Of a stretch of DNA of 64,000 nt, positions 49,143 through 59,266 are shown piece after piece. The first letter of the stretch is position 1. Each line of letters begins with the position of its first letter. The notes beneath the pieces are model-generated. The model was not told where the DNA came from, did not search any database, and saw only the letters and a program-made list of their open reading frames with translations. The stretch comes from Planctomycetota bacterium (GTDB lineage Bacteria > Planctomycetota > PLA2 > JAEUHO01). A program made the position numbers and the translations under genes. The stretch lies in NCBI GenBank assembly GCA_965223505.1, contig CBDCWP010000026.1, positions 1 to 64,000 on the forward strand. The letters run 5' to 3'.

Positions 49143-49565
49143 ATGGCCTTCGAATTCGACCTTCCGGTGCACTACGCGTCGATCGACTTCGCGCGCATCG
49201 TCTACTACCCCCAGTTCCTGCACTTCTGCCACGTCACGATGGAAGAGATGTTCCGGGAGGTCGTGGGCGTGTCCTATCCGGACGCGCTGCAGAAGGAGCA
49301 GGTGGGCTACCCGACGGTCAAGAGCGAGGCGGACTTCGAGCGTCCCGTCGCCTACGGCGAGACGCTGCGCATGCGCATGTCGGTGACCCGGATCGGCACC
49401 AGCTCGATCGACTTCCTCTACGAGGGCCGCCGCTCGAGCGACGGTGAGTTGGCCTTCCGCGTGCACAACACCCAGGTCGCGGTGAACATGGCGGCGTGGG
49501 GCAGCACGCCGATCCCGGATCACCACCGTGCAGCGTTCGAGAGGCTGTTGGACGCGAATGACTGA
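49143..49565 (+). CDS. Acyl-CoA thioesterase (4HBT/YbgC hot-dog family)
   Basis: SIDFARIVYYPQF, DFERPVAYGE, RIGTSS. Confidence 0.9.
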   Translation: MAFEFDLPVHYASIDFARIVYYPQFLHFCHVTMEEMFREVVGVSYPDALQKEQVGYPTVKSEADFERPVAYGETLRMRMSVTRIGTSSIDFLYEGRRSSDGELAFRVHNTQVAVNMAAWGSTPIPDHHRAAFERLLDAND

Positions 49566-50655
49566 CCGCGACATCCCGAGCCGCTTCGACGTGAACTTCG
49601 AAGGGCTGACCCTGCTCGACATGTACCGCGTCGACGAGAAGCTCGACGAAGGCGGGATGGGCGCGGTCTACCTCGGCGAGAACACCAACCTCGGCACCAA
49701 GGTCGTCATCAAGGTGCCGCACGTTCGCTTCTTGGGGGAGCAGGGCTTCCGCGCGCGGTTCGAGCGCGAGGTCGCCGGCCTGGTGAAGCTCCGGCACCGC
49801 GACATCGTGCGCATCCTCGCGCAAGGGGTGCACGACGACGTGCCCTTCTTCGTCCTCGAGTACTTGGAAGGAGGTTCGCTGCAGCAACGCATTCGCGCGG
49901 CGAAGCGACTGCCGGTCGACGACGTGAAGCCGTGGCTACGCACCATTGCGAACACGCTCGACTGGGTCCACTCGCAAGCGGTGGTGCACCGCGACGTGAA
50001 GCCGGGCAACGTGCTCTTCGACGAGCACGACAACGTGTTCCTGTCGGACTTCGGGATCGCCAAGACGTTGGAGGGGACGGATCTCTCGATCACGGCGACC
50101 GGCGCGGGCGTCGGTTCGCCCGAGTACGCCGCGCCCGAGCAAGGCGCCGGCCAGGATCTGAGCCCGGCATCGGATCAGTACGCGCTCGCGGCGACGCTGT
50201 ACGAGGCGCTAACGGGCACGACGCCGTTCGGCGGAAACACGCCGGTCCAGGTGCTCCTTCGAAAGCTCCAGGAGGAGCCGACGCCGATTCGCGAGCACGT
50301 GCCGGAGCTGCCCGAGCCGGCCGCCGCGGCGATCATGAAGGCGCTGTCGCGCGCGCCCGAAGACCGGTTTCCGTCGTGCTCGGCCTTCGCCGACGCGTTC
50401 GAAGCGGGCTGCGGCGACTTCGTCCCCTTGCCGACGACGCCGCCCCCACCGATCGTCGCGACGCTCGACAGCACCCAGTTCAGCGAGCAGAAGACGATTC
50501 GACACACCCCGACGACGCCGAGTCCCACACGACCGCCGCCGCCGCCACCGCCTCCCCCTCCCCCGCCGGACGAACAACACGGCCTGAGCAAGAAGGCGAT
50601 CTGGATCATCATCGGCGCCGCGGCGCTCTACGTGCTGACGCGGTGCGCGAGCTGA
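49558..50655 (+). CDS. Hanks-type Ser/Thr protein kinase with Pro-rich linker and C-terminal TM segment
   Basis: GGMGAVY, VIK, HRDVKPGN, DFG, YAAPEQ, SDQYAL. Confidence 0.93.
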   Translation: MTDRDIPSRFDVNFEGLTLLDMYRVDEKLDEGGMGAVYLGENTNLGTKVVIKVPHVRFLGEQGFRARFEREVAGLVKLRHRDIVRILAQGVHDDVPFFVLEYLEGGSLQQRIRAAKRLPVDDVKPWLRTIANTLDWVHSQAVVHRDVKPGNVLFDEHDNVFLSDFGIAKTLEGTDLSITATGAGVGSPEYAAPEQGAGQDLSPASDQYALAATLYEALTGTTPFGGNTPVQVLLRKLQEEPTPIREHVPELPEPAAAAIMKALSRAPEDRFPSCSAFADAFEAGCGDFVPLPTTPPPPIVATLDSTQFSEQKTIRHTPTTPSPTRPPPPPPPPPPPPDEQHGLSKKAIWIIIGAAALYVLTRCAS

Positions 50656-50665
50656 CCGGGGCGGT

Positions 50666-51493
50666 TCAGTACGACGGCTTGCGTCCCGTGACCGCGAAGA
50701 GCAACCAGCACGAGTAGCGGTCCGTATCGAGAACGGTGAGCATCAGCGCGTCGAAGCGTCGCGACACGGCGCGCGGCTCGACACCGAGGCCCTCCGCGAG
50801 GAACCGCGCGTAGCCGTCACGCCAGTGACGCAGCATCGTCGCGAAAATCTGCCGGTCGGTGTTCTCGGTGTCGACGAGGATCGGCGTGACGCGCACGCCG
50901 TCGAAGCCCGCCGCGCGCAGCGCCCGGTACGCCGTGCGGCCGTGAAGGAGATCGGTGCCCTTCGCCAGCACGGTCGGCGCGGCCTCGTTGAACAGCGAGA
51001 AGTCGTGATACGAGGGCGCGTCGAAGATCAGCCCCTGGTAGTCCTCGGCGAGAAGGTAGAGCATCCCGCCCGGCTCGAGGATGCGCCGCGCCTCCATCAG
51101 CACGTCCTCGGGCTGCGGCAGGGCGTGCAGGAAGTGGCGCAGCGTCACGACGTCGAAGGCGCCGCTCTTCCACCCGGTCTTGCGCGCATCGCCGTGCACG
51201 AACGACAGGTTCGGATGCGTCGTCTCGGGGAATTCCGCCCGCGCCCGCGCCAGGTGGCCTTCGAAGAGATCCAACCCGGTGATGCGCGCGCCAGGGCACG
51301 CCACGGCGAGACGGCCGGCAAACTGCCCCGTCCCGCACCCGAGGTCCGCGATGCGCTCGCCGTTCGTGACGCCGAGCTGCTCGAGCACGGGCCGCTCGAG
51401 CGGCCAGATCATCTCCGCCTGCGCGTGCAGCGTGCCGACCATGCTGCGATCTTCCATCTCGCGTTGCTGGCCGTAGACGAGGTCGGACGACAT
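50666..51493 (-). CDS. Class I SAM-dependent methyltransferase
   Basis: IADLGCGTG, GDA, FDVV, LEPGG. Confidence 0.88.
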   Translation of the reverse strand: MSSDLVYGQQREMEDRSMVGTLHAQAEMIWPLERPVLEQLGVTNGERIADLGCGTGQFAGRLAVACPGARITGLDLFEGHLARARAEFPETTHPNLSFVHGDARKTGWKSGAFDVVTLRHFLHALPQPEDVLMEARRILEPGGMLYLLAEDYQGLIFDAPSYHDFSLFNEAAPTVLAKGTDLLHGRTAYRALRAAGFDGVRVTPILVDTENTDRQIFATMLRHWRDGYARFLAEGLGVEPRAVSRRFDALMLTVLDTDRYSCWLLFAVTGRKPSY

Positions 51494-52252
51494 CTAGGAT
51501 TCCTCCGGCAACACGCGCGTGAGCCGCGCCTTCAACCAGTCCGGAAAACGGTTGATCAACCGCGCCGCCACACGCATGCGCCACGGGAAATCGTACACCT
51601 TCTTCTTCTTTCGGATCGCCCTCGCGATCAGCACGGCCGCCTTCTCGGCCGACATCAGCAGCGGCATCCGGGTGGTGTTCTGATCGGTCATGGCCGTCTT
51701 CACGAATCCCGGTTGGATCGTGGTGCAGTGAATCCCCTTGTCCCGCAGCTCGATGCGGATCGACTCCATCCAGGACGACAGTCCGGCCTTCGTCGCGGAG
51801 TAGCCCCCGGAGCCTGGGGCCGTGACGTACGCGGCGAGGCTCGAGACGGCCACGATGTGCCCCGCGCCGCGCGCGAGCATGGAGGGCAAGACGGCCTCGA
51901 CCGCGTAGTGCGGTCCGAGCAGGTTGACGCGCACCATCGTCTCGTACCCCGCAGCGTCCGGTTCCTCGATGAAGCTGCTCAGTCCGACGCCCGCGTTGGC
52001 AACCAGCAGGTCCACCGGCCCGAGCGTCTCGGCCAGCGCGTGAAGCGCGCGCAGCGTTTCGTCGCGATCGCCTGCGTCGGCGACGGCGACGGCCGCCGTG
52101 CCCCCGTCGCGCTCGATCTCCTCGCGCAGCGTCTCGAGCAGCGGCTTGCGCCGCGCGGTCAGTCCGACCGCATAGCCCTCGCCGGCCAGCTCCTTGGCCA
52201 GCGCCCTGCCGATGCCGGCCGACGCGCCGGTCACGACGGCGACTCGGCTCAC
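51494..52252 (-). CDS. SDR-family oxidoreductase
   Basis: GTG start; TGASAGIG, NAG, YSATK. Confidence 0.92.
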   Translation of the reverse strand: MSRVAVVTGASAGIGRALAKELAGEGYAVGLTARRKPLLETLREEIERDGGTAAVAVADAGDRDETLRALHALAETLGPVDLLVANAGVGLSSFIEEPDAAGYETMVRVNLLGPHYAVEAVLPSMLARGAGHIVAVSSLAAYVTAPGSGGYSATKAGLSSWMESIRIELRDKGIHCTTIQPGFVKTAMTDQNTTRMPLLMSAEKAAVLIARAIRKKKKVYDFPWRMRVAARLINRFPDWLKARLTRVLPEES

Positions 52253-53172
52253 GCCGGCGGTCCCTTCGGCAACGGCGGCGCCTGGTACACGCGGCTGCGC
52301 AACGGGTGCGCGACGTGTTCCGCGATGCCGTGGCTCGCTTCGCGCAACCGCTCGAGCTCGACGCCCGTCCGGATGTCGAGGCCGTCGAGCAGGAACACGA
52401 TGTCCTCCGTCGCCAGATTGCCCGAAGCCCCCGGCGCGAACGGACATCCGCCCAGCCCCGCGGCGCTGGCATCGAACGCCGTGATGCCGTAGCGCAACCC
52501 CTCGAGCACGTTGGCCGCGGCCATGCCGCGCGTGTCGTGCAGGTGCAAGACGAGCCTGCGCACGTCGATCGTCTCGAGGAGGACGTCGAGCAGACGCGCG
52601 ATGTCTCCCGGCGTCGCGGCGCCGATCGTGTCCCCGACGGAGACCTCGTCGCACCCCAGCTCGAGCAGACGCTCGACGACGTCGAGTGTCGCGGCGGGAT
52701 CGACCGGCCCCTCGTACGGACACGCGACCGCCACGCTGACGTAGCCGCGCAGCGCCAAGCCGCTCTCGCGCACGGTCTTCGCCACCGGCTCGAAGTTGCT
52801 CAGCGACTGGTGGATCGTCGCGTTCACGTTGCGTTGGTTGAAGGTCTCGGTCGCGGCGGTGAATACCGAGACCTTGCCGACCTCGACGTCGAGCGCGCGT
52901 TCCAGACCGCGCATGTTCGGTACGAGCGCGCCGTAGGTCACGCCGTCGGGCGGCGGACCGAGCATCCGAAAGAGCTCCTCGGCGTCGGCGAGCTGCGGCA
53001 CGCGGTCGGGGCGGACGAACGACGAGACCTCGATGTCGCGCAGACCCGCGGCGGCAAGACGCCTCACGAACGCGGCCTTCGCGTCCGTCGGGACCGGCTC
53101 GACCTCGTTCTGCAGCCCGTCGCGCGGCCCGACTTCCGTCAGCGTCACGCGCGAGGGCAAGGTTCTGCTCAT
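52249..53172 (-). CDS. liuE: Hydroxymethylglutaryl-CoA lyase
   Basis: EVGPRDGLQNE, GDTIG, HLHDTRG, GLGGCPFAPGASGNLATED. Confidence 0.93.
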   Translation of the reverse strand: MSRTLPSRVTLTEVGPRDGLQNEVEPVPTDAKAAFVRRLAAAGLRDIEVSSFVRPDRVPQLADAEELFRMLGPPPDGVTYGALVPNMRGLERALDVEVGKVSVFTAATETFNQRNVNATIHQSLSNFEPVAKTVRESGLALRGYVSVAVACPYEGPVDPAATLDVVERLLELGCDEVSVGDTIGAATPGDIARLLDVLLETIDVRRLVLHLHDTRGMAAANVLEGLRYGITAFDASAAGLGGCPFAPGASGNLATEDIVFLLDGLDIRTGVELERLREASHGIAEHVAHPLRSRVYQAPPLPKGPPA

Positions 53173-53690
53173 TGGACCGCCTCGGCCGTCTGAAACGAGA
53201 CGACCTCCTCGCCCAATTCTACGCGGTCCCCCGTTTGGAAGTGGACGGCGTCCACCACGAGATCGCGCGGCGCGCGCACGACGTACTCCATCTTCATCGC
53301 CTCGACCACGAAGAGCTCGGCGCCGGAGACGACCTCGGCGCCCGCATCGACCGACATCTTGGCGACGACGCCGCTCATGGGGCTGGCGGCGGACTTGGCG
53401 GCTGCGCCCGACGCCGCAGCCGCCGCGCCGGGCTCGGCCAGCTGCAGCCGCACGCTGGCGCCGTCGATGCACACCCACGCCGTGTCGCCGCGCGTGACGA
53501 CCGTCGCGCGCAGCGTGCGTTCGCCGACGCGCACCTCGACGCGGTGCGCGCCGAGCCGGCGCGCGGCCGCCTCGACGTCGTGGTCCGCGTCTCCGATGCG
53601 GATCGAACCCGCGAGCATCCCGTCCGCCTGGCGCAGCTCCGCCTCTGCCGCGTCCGCACCGTCGAGGTAGACCCGCCGGAGGCCGCTCAC
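53169..53690 (-). CDS. Biotin carboxyl carrier subunit (split C-terminus of MCC alpha)
   Basis: SPMSG...VEAMKME biotinylation motif. Confidence 0.88.
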   Translation of the reverse strand: MSGLRRVYLDGADAAEAELRQADGMLAGSIRIGDADHDVEAAARRLGAHRVEVRVGERTLRATVVTRGDTAWVCIDGASVRLQLAEPGAAAAASGAAAKSAASPMSGVVAKMSVDAGAEVVSGAELFVVEAMKMEYVVRAPRDLVVDAVHFQTGDRVELGEEVVSFQTAEAVQ

Positions 53691-55219
53691 GTGTCACCGC
53701 CCATGCGGAAGCCCGCCAGCGTGTCCCACGGCGACGGCAGCTCGATGCCGCCGTTCGTCCCGGCCGGCGACGACCCGGCGCGGCCTGCCAACAGCTCGTC
53801 GGCGGCGGCGCACAGCACGGCGTCGAGCAGATCGACGTGACCGGTGGCGAGCTCGGGCGCGATGTCGTCCAGCGCGTCGATGCGCAGTCCGCCCGGCTCG
53901 AACGCGTCGTGGGCGAGCAACGCCCGCAGGAACGCGACGTTGTTGGCGACACCGGCGATCACCATGTCGCGCAACGCCGTGTCCAGTCGGCGCCGCGCCT
54001 CCTCGCGCGTCTCGCCGTGCGCGACGACCTTCGCGAGCAGCGGGTCGTAGAACGGCGAAACCTCCATGGTCGTCATCAACGCCGAGTCCACGCGGATCCC
54101 CGGCCCCTGCGGTTCCGACGCATGTTCGATGCGTCCGGCGGACGGCAAGAACCCCTGCGCCGGATCCTCGGCGTACACGCGCGCCTCGATGGCGTGGCCG
54201 CGCGCCGAGAACCGGCTGGGATCGGGCAGCGCCTCCCCTGCCGCGACCCGCAGCTGCCAGGCGACGAGGTCGACGCCGAAGCACATCTCGGTGACGGGGT
54301 GCTCGACCTGCAGCCGCCGGTTCACCTCCAGGAAGAAGAACGAGCCGTCCGGCTGCATCAGGAACTCGACGGTGCCGGCGCCGCGGTATCCCAGCGCGCG
54401 AACGGCATCGGCGCCGGCGCCATGAAGCGCGGCGCGCACGTCGTCGCTCAAACCGGGGGCGGGGCACTCCTCGATCACCTTCTGGTGACGGCGCTGTAGC
54501 GAGCAGTCGCGTTCGCCGAGCACCACGACGCCGTCGTGCGCGTCGCACAGCACCTGCACCTCGACGTGTCGCGCAGGCTGCACGATGCGCTCGAGATACA
54601 GCTCGGTGTTGCCGAACGCGCCGCCGGCCTCGCGCCGCGCACCTTCCGCGGCGGCGAGCAGCGCGCCCGCTTCCTCGACGCGGCGCATGCCCTTGCCGCC
54701 GCCGCCCGCGCTGGCCTTGAGCAGCAACGGATAGCCGGTCGCGTTCGCCGCCGCCGTCAACGCCGCGTCGTCCGCCGGCACGGCATCGAGCGGCCCGGGA
54801 ATCACGGGCACGCCGGCGTCCGACACGCGTCGCTTGACGACGAGCTTGTCGTTCGAACCTTCCAGCACGTCGGCCGGCGGACCGATGAACGTGATGCCGG
54901 CGTCGCTGCACGCCCGTGCGAACACGGCGTTTTCCGACAGGAACCCGTAGCCCGGATGCACCGCGTCGGCGCCGGTCGCGCGCGCGGCGCGAACGACGGC
55001 CTCCACGTCGAGGTACGACGCGGTCGCCTCCGCGGGTCCGATGAGGACCGCTTCGTCGGCCTCGAGCACGTGGCGTTGTTCGGCGTCCGCTTCGCTGTAG
55101 ACGGCTACCGACGGGATGCCGAGGGTGCGACACGTGCGCATCACGCGCAGGGCGATCTCCCCACGGTTCGCAACGAGCACCTTGCGGAAGGGGTTGCCGT
55201 TGCCGGATCGAGACGTCAT
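53687..55219 (-). CDS. Biotin carboxylase subunit of 3-methylcrotonyl-CoA carboxylase
   Basis: KVLVANRGEIALR, HPGYGFLSEN, GGGGKGMR, RDCSLQRRHQK, RLQVEHPVTE, YDPLLAK. Confidence 0.92.
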   Translation of the reverse strand: MTSRSGNGNPFRKVLVANRGEIALRVMRTCRTLGIPSVAVYSEADAEQRHVLEADEAVLIGPAEATASYLDVEAVVRAARATGADAVHPGYGFLSENAVFARACSDAGITFIGPPADVLEGSNDKLVVKRRVSDAGVPVIPGPLDAVPADDAALTAAANATGYPLLLKASAGGGGKGMRRVEEAGALLAAAEGARREAGGAFGNTELYLERIVQPARHVEVQVLCDAHDGVVVLGERDCSLQRRHQKVIEECPAPGLSDDVRAALHGAGADAVRALGYRGAGTVEFLMQPDGSFFFLEVNRRLQVEHPVTEMCFGVDLVAWQLRVAAGEALPDPSRFSARGHAIEARVYAEDPAQGFLPSAGRIEHASEPQGPGIRVDSALMTTMEVSPFYDPLLAKVVAHGETREEARRRLDTALRDMVIAGVANNVAFLRALLAHDAFEPGGLRIDALDDIAPELATGHVDLLDAVLCAAADELLAGRAGSSPAGTNGGIELPSPWDTLAGFRMGGDT

Positions 55220-56004
55220 TGCGTCCATCGCGGCGGGCGTTCCTCCAGGAAGGCGCTCAACCCCTCGCGGCCGTCGTCGGACGCGCGGGCGTCGGCGATG
55301 GCCTCGCGCGCCAGCTCGAGCGAGCGCTCGTGATCGGCCTCGCGAATCTCGTGCAGGAGCGCCTTGGCGCCGCGCACGCCGCCAGGCGCGCACTCCTTCA
55401 GGCGCTGCACGACGAGACCGACCGCCGCGTCCATCTGGCTCTGAGGCACGACGTGGTGCACGAGGCCGATCTGCTGCGCCCGCTGCGCGCCGAAACGCTC
55501 CGCGGTCAGGAAGAGCTGACGCGTGTGGCTGAAGCCGATCTTGCGCAGCACGTACGGCGAGATGACGCCCGGCACCAGACCAAGACGCACCTCGGAGAAG
55601 GCGAACTTGGTGTCCGACTCGGCCACGGCGACGTCGCACAGCGCCACGAGGCCCGCGCCGCCACCGAAGGCGTGGCCGTGGATGCGCCCGACGACGGGCA
55701 CGGGGCACCGGTCGATGCGCTCGAAGGCGCGCTGGAACGCCGCGGCGTCGGCGAGGTTCTCTTCGCGCGAGTAGTCGGCGACGCGCCGCATCCACTCGAC
55801 GTCCCCGCCCGCGCAGAAGCTCGCGCCGCTGCCGCCGATGATGATGACGCGGACGGCGTCGTTCGCGCCGAGCTCCGCGAACACGCTGTCGAGCCTGGCG
55901 GCGATCTGGTCGTCGAACGCGTTGCGCTTCTCGGGGCGATTGAGCCGCACGTGGGCGACGCCGTCGCGAACGACCGACTGCACTGCTTCGTCGACGCTGC
56001 TCAT
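55216..56004 (-). CDS. liuC: Enoyl-CoA hydratase, probable methylglutaconyl-CoA hydratase
   Basis: LNRPEKRNAF, FCAGGD..WM, GGGAGL, SEVRLGLVP; liu operon context. Confidence 0.85.
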   Translation of the reverse strand: MSSVDEAVQSVVRDGVAHVRLNRPEKRNAFDDQIAARLDSVFAELGANDAVRVIIIGGSGASFCAGGDVEWMRRVADYSREENLADAAAFQRAFERIDRCPVPVVGRIHGHAFGGGAGLVALCDVAVAESDTKFAFSEVRLGLVPGVISPYVLRKIGFSHTRQLFLTAERFGAQRAQQIGLVHHVVPQSQMDAAVGLVVQRLKECAPGGVRGAKALLHEIREADHERSLELAREAIADARASDDGREGLSAFLEERPPRWTQ

Positions 56005-56006
56005 GG

Positions 56007-57620
56007 CTACATCCGGTAGACCGGCGGACGCACGGGCGCCTCCGGTGCGTAGCGGGTCACGGCGAACGCCAACCCGAGGATGTCGCGCGTCTGGGTGGGC
56101 TCGATGACGCCGTCGTCCCAGAGCCGCGCGCTGCCGTAGTACGGGTGGCCCTCTCTCTCGTACTTGGCGCGGATCGGATCGGTCAGCGCCGACTCCTCTT
56201 TCGCGCTCAACGCGTCCTTGCCTTCCGACGCGAGCTGCTGGCGCTTGACGGTGAGCAGTGTCTGCGCCGCTTGCTCGCCGCCCATCACGCTGATGCGCGC
56301 GTTCGGCCACGTGAACAGGAAGCGCGCGTCGTACGCGCGACCGCACATGCCGTAGTTCCCGGCGCCGAACGACGATCCGATGATGACCGTGATCTTGGGC
56401 ACGTTGACGGTCGCGACGGCCTGCACCATCTTCGCGCCGTCCTTGGCAATGCCGCCGTTCTCGGCTTCCTTGCCGACCATGAACCCGGTGACGTTCTGCA
56501 GGAAGAGCAACGGGATGCCGCGCTGCCCGCAGATCTCGATGAAGTGCGCGCCCTTCTGCGCCGAGCTCGAGAACAGCACGCCGTTGTTCGCGACGATGCC
56601 GATCGGCATGCCGTGCAGGCGCGCGAAGCCGGTCACGAGCGTGGTGCCGTAGCGCGCCTTGAACTCCTGGAAGCGGCTGCCGTCCACGATTCGCGCGATG
56701 ACCTCGCGCACGTCGTACGGCGTGCGCACGTCCTTGGGCACGATGCCGAGCAGCTCCTCGGCGTCGTACTTGGGCGGCTCGACCGCGGCGACGTCCATGT
56801 GCGCCGGCGGATGCGGGTTGAGCGACTCGAGAATCGAGCGGAGCTTGCGCAGCGCGTCGTCGTCGTCCTCGGCGAAGTGGTCGGCGACGCCGCTGATGCG
56901 GGTGTGCACGTCGGCGCCGCCCAGTTCCTCGGCGGTGACCTCTTCGCCGGTCGCGGCGCGTACGAGCGGCGGACCGGCCAGGAAGATCGTCCCCGTGCCC
57001 TTCACGATGACGGCTTCGTCGCTCATGGCGGGCACGTAGGCGCCGCCCGCGGTGCACGACCCCATGACCGCCGCGATCTGCGGCACGCGCATCGACGACA
57101 GCACCGCCTGGTTCCGGAAGATGCGGCCGAAGTGGTACTTGTCGGGGAAGACGTCGTCCTGCAGCGGCAGGAACGCGCCCCCGGAGTCGACGAGGTAGAC
57201 CGTGGGCAGGTGGTTCTCGATCGCGACCTCTTGCGCGCGAACGTGCTTCTTCACGGTCAGCGGCAGGTAGGTGCCGCCCTTCACGGTCGCGTCGTTGGCC
57301 ACGACCATGACCTCGTTGCCGTGGACGCTGCCGATGCCGGTCACGACCCCCGCGCACGGCACGTCGGTGTCCGGGTACACCTCGTGCGCGGCCAGACACG
57401 AAAGCTCGAGGAACGGGCTGCCCGGGTCCAGGAGCCGCTCGATGCGCTCGCGCGCGAGCAGCTTGCCGCGCTCATGGTGGCGCTCGCGGGAACGGGGGCT
57501 GCCCCCCTGCCGGAGCCGGCCTTGGAGGTTGCGAAGGTCCGCCCGGAGCGCATCGTTGTGCGTCCGGCGGGATGCGAACGTCTCGTCGGACGTGTCGACC
57601 TGGGTCGGGAGAACCTCCAT
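56007..57620 (-). CDS. liuB: 3-methylcrotonyl-CoA carboxylase beta (carboxyltransferase) subunit
   Basis: [47 protein letters not shown]. Confidence 0.93.
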   Translation of the reverse strand: MEVLPTQVDTSDETFASRRTHNDALRADLRNLQGRLRQGGSPRSRERHHERGKLLARERIERLLDPGSPFLELSCLAAHEVYPDTDVPCAGVVTGIGSVHGNEVMVVANDATVKGGTYLPLTVKKHVRAQEVAIENHLPTVYLVDSGGAFLPLQDDVFPDKYHFGRIFRNQAVLSSMRVPQIAAVMGSCTAGGAYVPAMSDEAVIVKGTGTIFLAGPPLVRAATGEEVTAEELGGADVHTRISGVADHFAEDDDDALRKLRSILESLNPHPPAHMDVAAVEPPKYDAEELLGIVPKDVRTPYDVREVIARIVDGSRFQEFKARYGTTLVTGFARLHGMPIGIVANNGVLFSSSAQKGAHFIEICGQRGIPLLFLQNVTGFMVGKEAENGGIAKDGAKMVQAVATVNVPKITVIIGSSFGAGNYGMCGRAYDARFLFTWPNARISVMGGEQAAQTLLTVKRQQLASEGKDALSAKEESALTDPIRAKYEREGHPYYGSARLWDDGVIEPTQTRDILGLAFAVTRYAPEAPVRPPVYRM

Positions 57621-57684
57621 GCGGGCGGCATGGTACCCGCAACGGCCCTGGGCCCGAGGTTGAGACCGCCGTACTCTTGCGCCC

Positions 57685-58440
57685 ATGGCCGCAGCCGACC
57701 ATGCCGGCAACGACGTCGCGCTCGTCACGGGCGGCGGCGGCGGTGTCGGGTTCGCGTGCGCGGAAGCGCTGGTCGTGGCGGGGTACCGGCCGGTCCTGTT
57801 GGGACGCCAGGGCGACCGGCTCGAAGCGGCGCGCGACCGGCTGGACGGCGACGTCGAGGTAATCGTCGCGGACGTCACCGATCGCGCGGGCATGCAGCGG
57901 GCGGTGGCGTGGGTCGAGGACCAGGTCGGCCCGCCGCTGATCCTGGTCAACGCGGCCGGCATGGCCGCGTCGGCCCCGCTGCTCCCGCCCGACGACGAGC
58001 TCTGGCGGCGCACGCTCGACGTGAACCTCACCGGTACGTGGATCGCGTCCACGGCGTGCCTGCCGGCAATGCGCGCGGCGAGGCGCGGATTCATCTGCAA
58101 CATCGCGAGCACGGCCGCGCTGCAGGGCTATGCGTACACGGCCGCCTACGTCGCGAGCAAGCACGGCGTGCTCGGCCTCACCCGCGCGATGGCCGAAGAC
58201 CTTCAGGGCAAGGGCGTGCGCGTCAATGCGATCTGTCCCGGCTTCCTGGACACGCCCATGACCGATCGCACGGTCCAGAACATCATCGCGCAGACGGGCA
58301 TGAGCGCGGAGGACGCACGCGAGACGCTCGCGAAGATGAACACGAGCGGACGGCTGATCCGGCCGGAGGAGGTCGCCGCCCAGATGCTATCGCTGCTTCG
58401 AGACGACCGGCAACACGGCGCTTCGATTCGCCTCGATTGA
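57685..58440 (+). CDS. SDR-family oxidoreductase
   Basis: [25 protein letters not shown]. Confidence 0.92.
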   Translation: MAAADHAGNDVALVTGGGGGVGFACAEALVVAGYRPVLLGRQGDRLEAARDRLDGDVEVIVADVTDRAGMQRAVAWVEDQVGPPLILVNAAGMAASAPLLPPDDELWRRTLDVNLTGTWIASTACLPAMRAARRGFICNIASTAALQGYAYTAAYVASKHGVLGLTRAMAEDLQGKGVRVNAICPGFLDTPMTDRTVQNIIAQTGMSAEDARETLAKMNTSGRLIRPEEVAAQMLSLLRDDRQHGASIRLD

Positions 58441-58470
58441 TAGGATGCGCGCCCTGCAGGGAGTACCACC

Positions 58471-59265
58471 ATGGCCGAGCTGCCCTTTGGCTACGACATC
58501 GCGGACGGCATCGCGACGATCACGTTGAACCGGCCCGAACGCCTGAACGCGCTGACATTCGACATCTACCGGCGCTTGACCGACATCCTCTACCGCCTGC
58601 GCTTCACGAAAGAGGTGAACGTCGTCGTCATCACCGGCGAGGGCAAGGGCTTCTGCGGCGGCGGCGACGTGCACGCGATCATCGGTGAGCTCCTCAAGAA
58701 GGACACGCACGACGTCATCGAGTTCACGCGGATGACAGGCGAGCTCATCGAGAACATGCGCCGACTCGACAAGCCGATCATCGCGGCGATCAACGGCACG
58801 GCCGCCGGCGCAGGCGCCGTCATCGCGCTCGCGGCGGACTTCCGCATCATGGTCCCCAAGGCCAAGTTCCACTTCCTGTTCAACCGCGTCGGGTTGACCG
58901 GGGCGGACATGGGCGCCGCGTGGCTTCTGCCGCGCGTCGTGGGACTCGGCCGCGCGACGGAGTGGCTCATGCTCGGCTCGGGGATCGACGCAGAGACGGC
59001 GAAGAGCGCGGGACTGGCGACGCAGATCGTGAGCGACGACGAGCTCATGGAGGCCGCCAACGAGCTGGCGCTGCGGCTGGCCAACGGACCGACGCTGGCG
59101 CACTCGATGACGAAGCGCATGCTCAACAACGAGCTTTCGATGGATCTCTCGTCTGCCATCGAGGCCGAGGCGATCGCGCAGGCGATCCTGCTGCAGGCGG
59201 ACGATCACCGGCTCTTCTACGAGGCCTACACCAAGGGCGAAGCGCCCAAGTTCACGGGACGTTGA
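58471..59265 (+). CDS. Enoyl-CoA hydratase/isomerase family protein
   Basis: NRPERLNALTF, FCGGGDV, GADMGAAWLLPRVVG, IEAEA.AQA. Confidence 0.92.
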   Translation: MAELPFGYDIADGIATITLNRPERLNALTFDIYRRLTDILYRLRFTKEVNVVVITGEGKGFCGGGDVHAIIGELLKKDTHDVIEFTRMTGELIENMRRLDKPIIAAINGTAAGAGAVIALAADFRIMVPKAKFHFLFNRVGLTGADMGAAWLLPRVVGLGRATEWLMLGSGIDAETAKSAGLATQIVSDDELMEAANELALRLANGPTLAHSMTKRMLNNELSMDLSSAIEAEAIAQAILLQADDHRLFYEAYTKGEAPKFTGR

Positions 59266-59266
59266 C

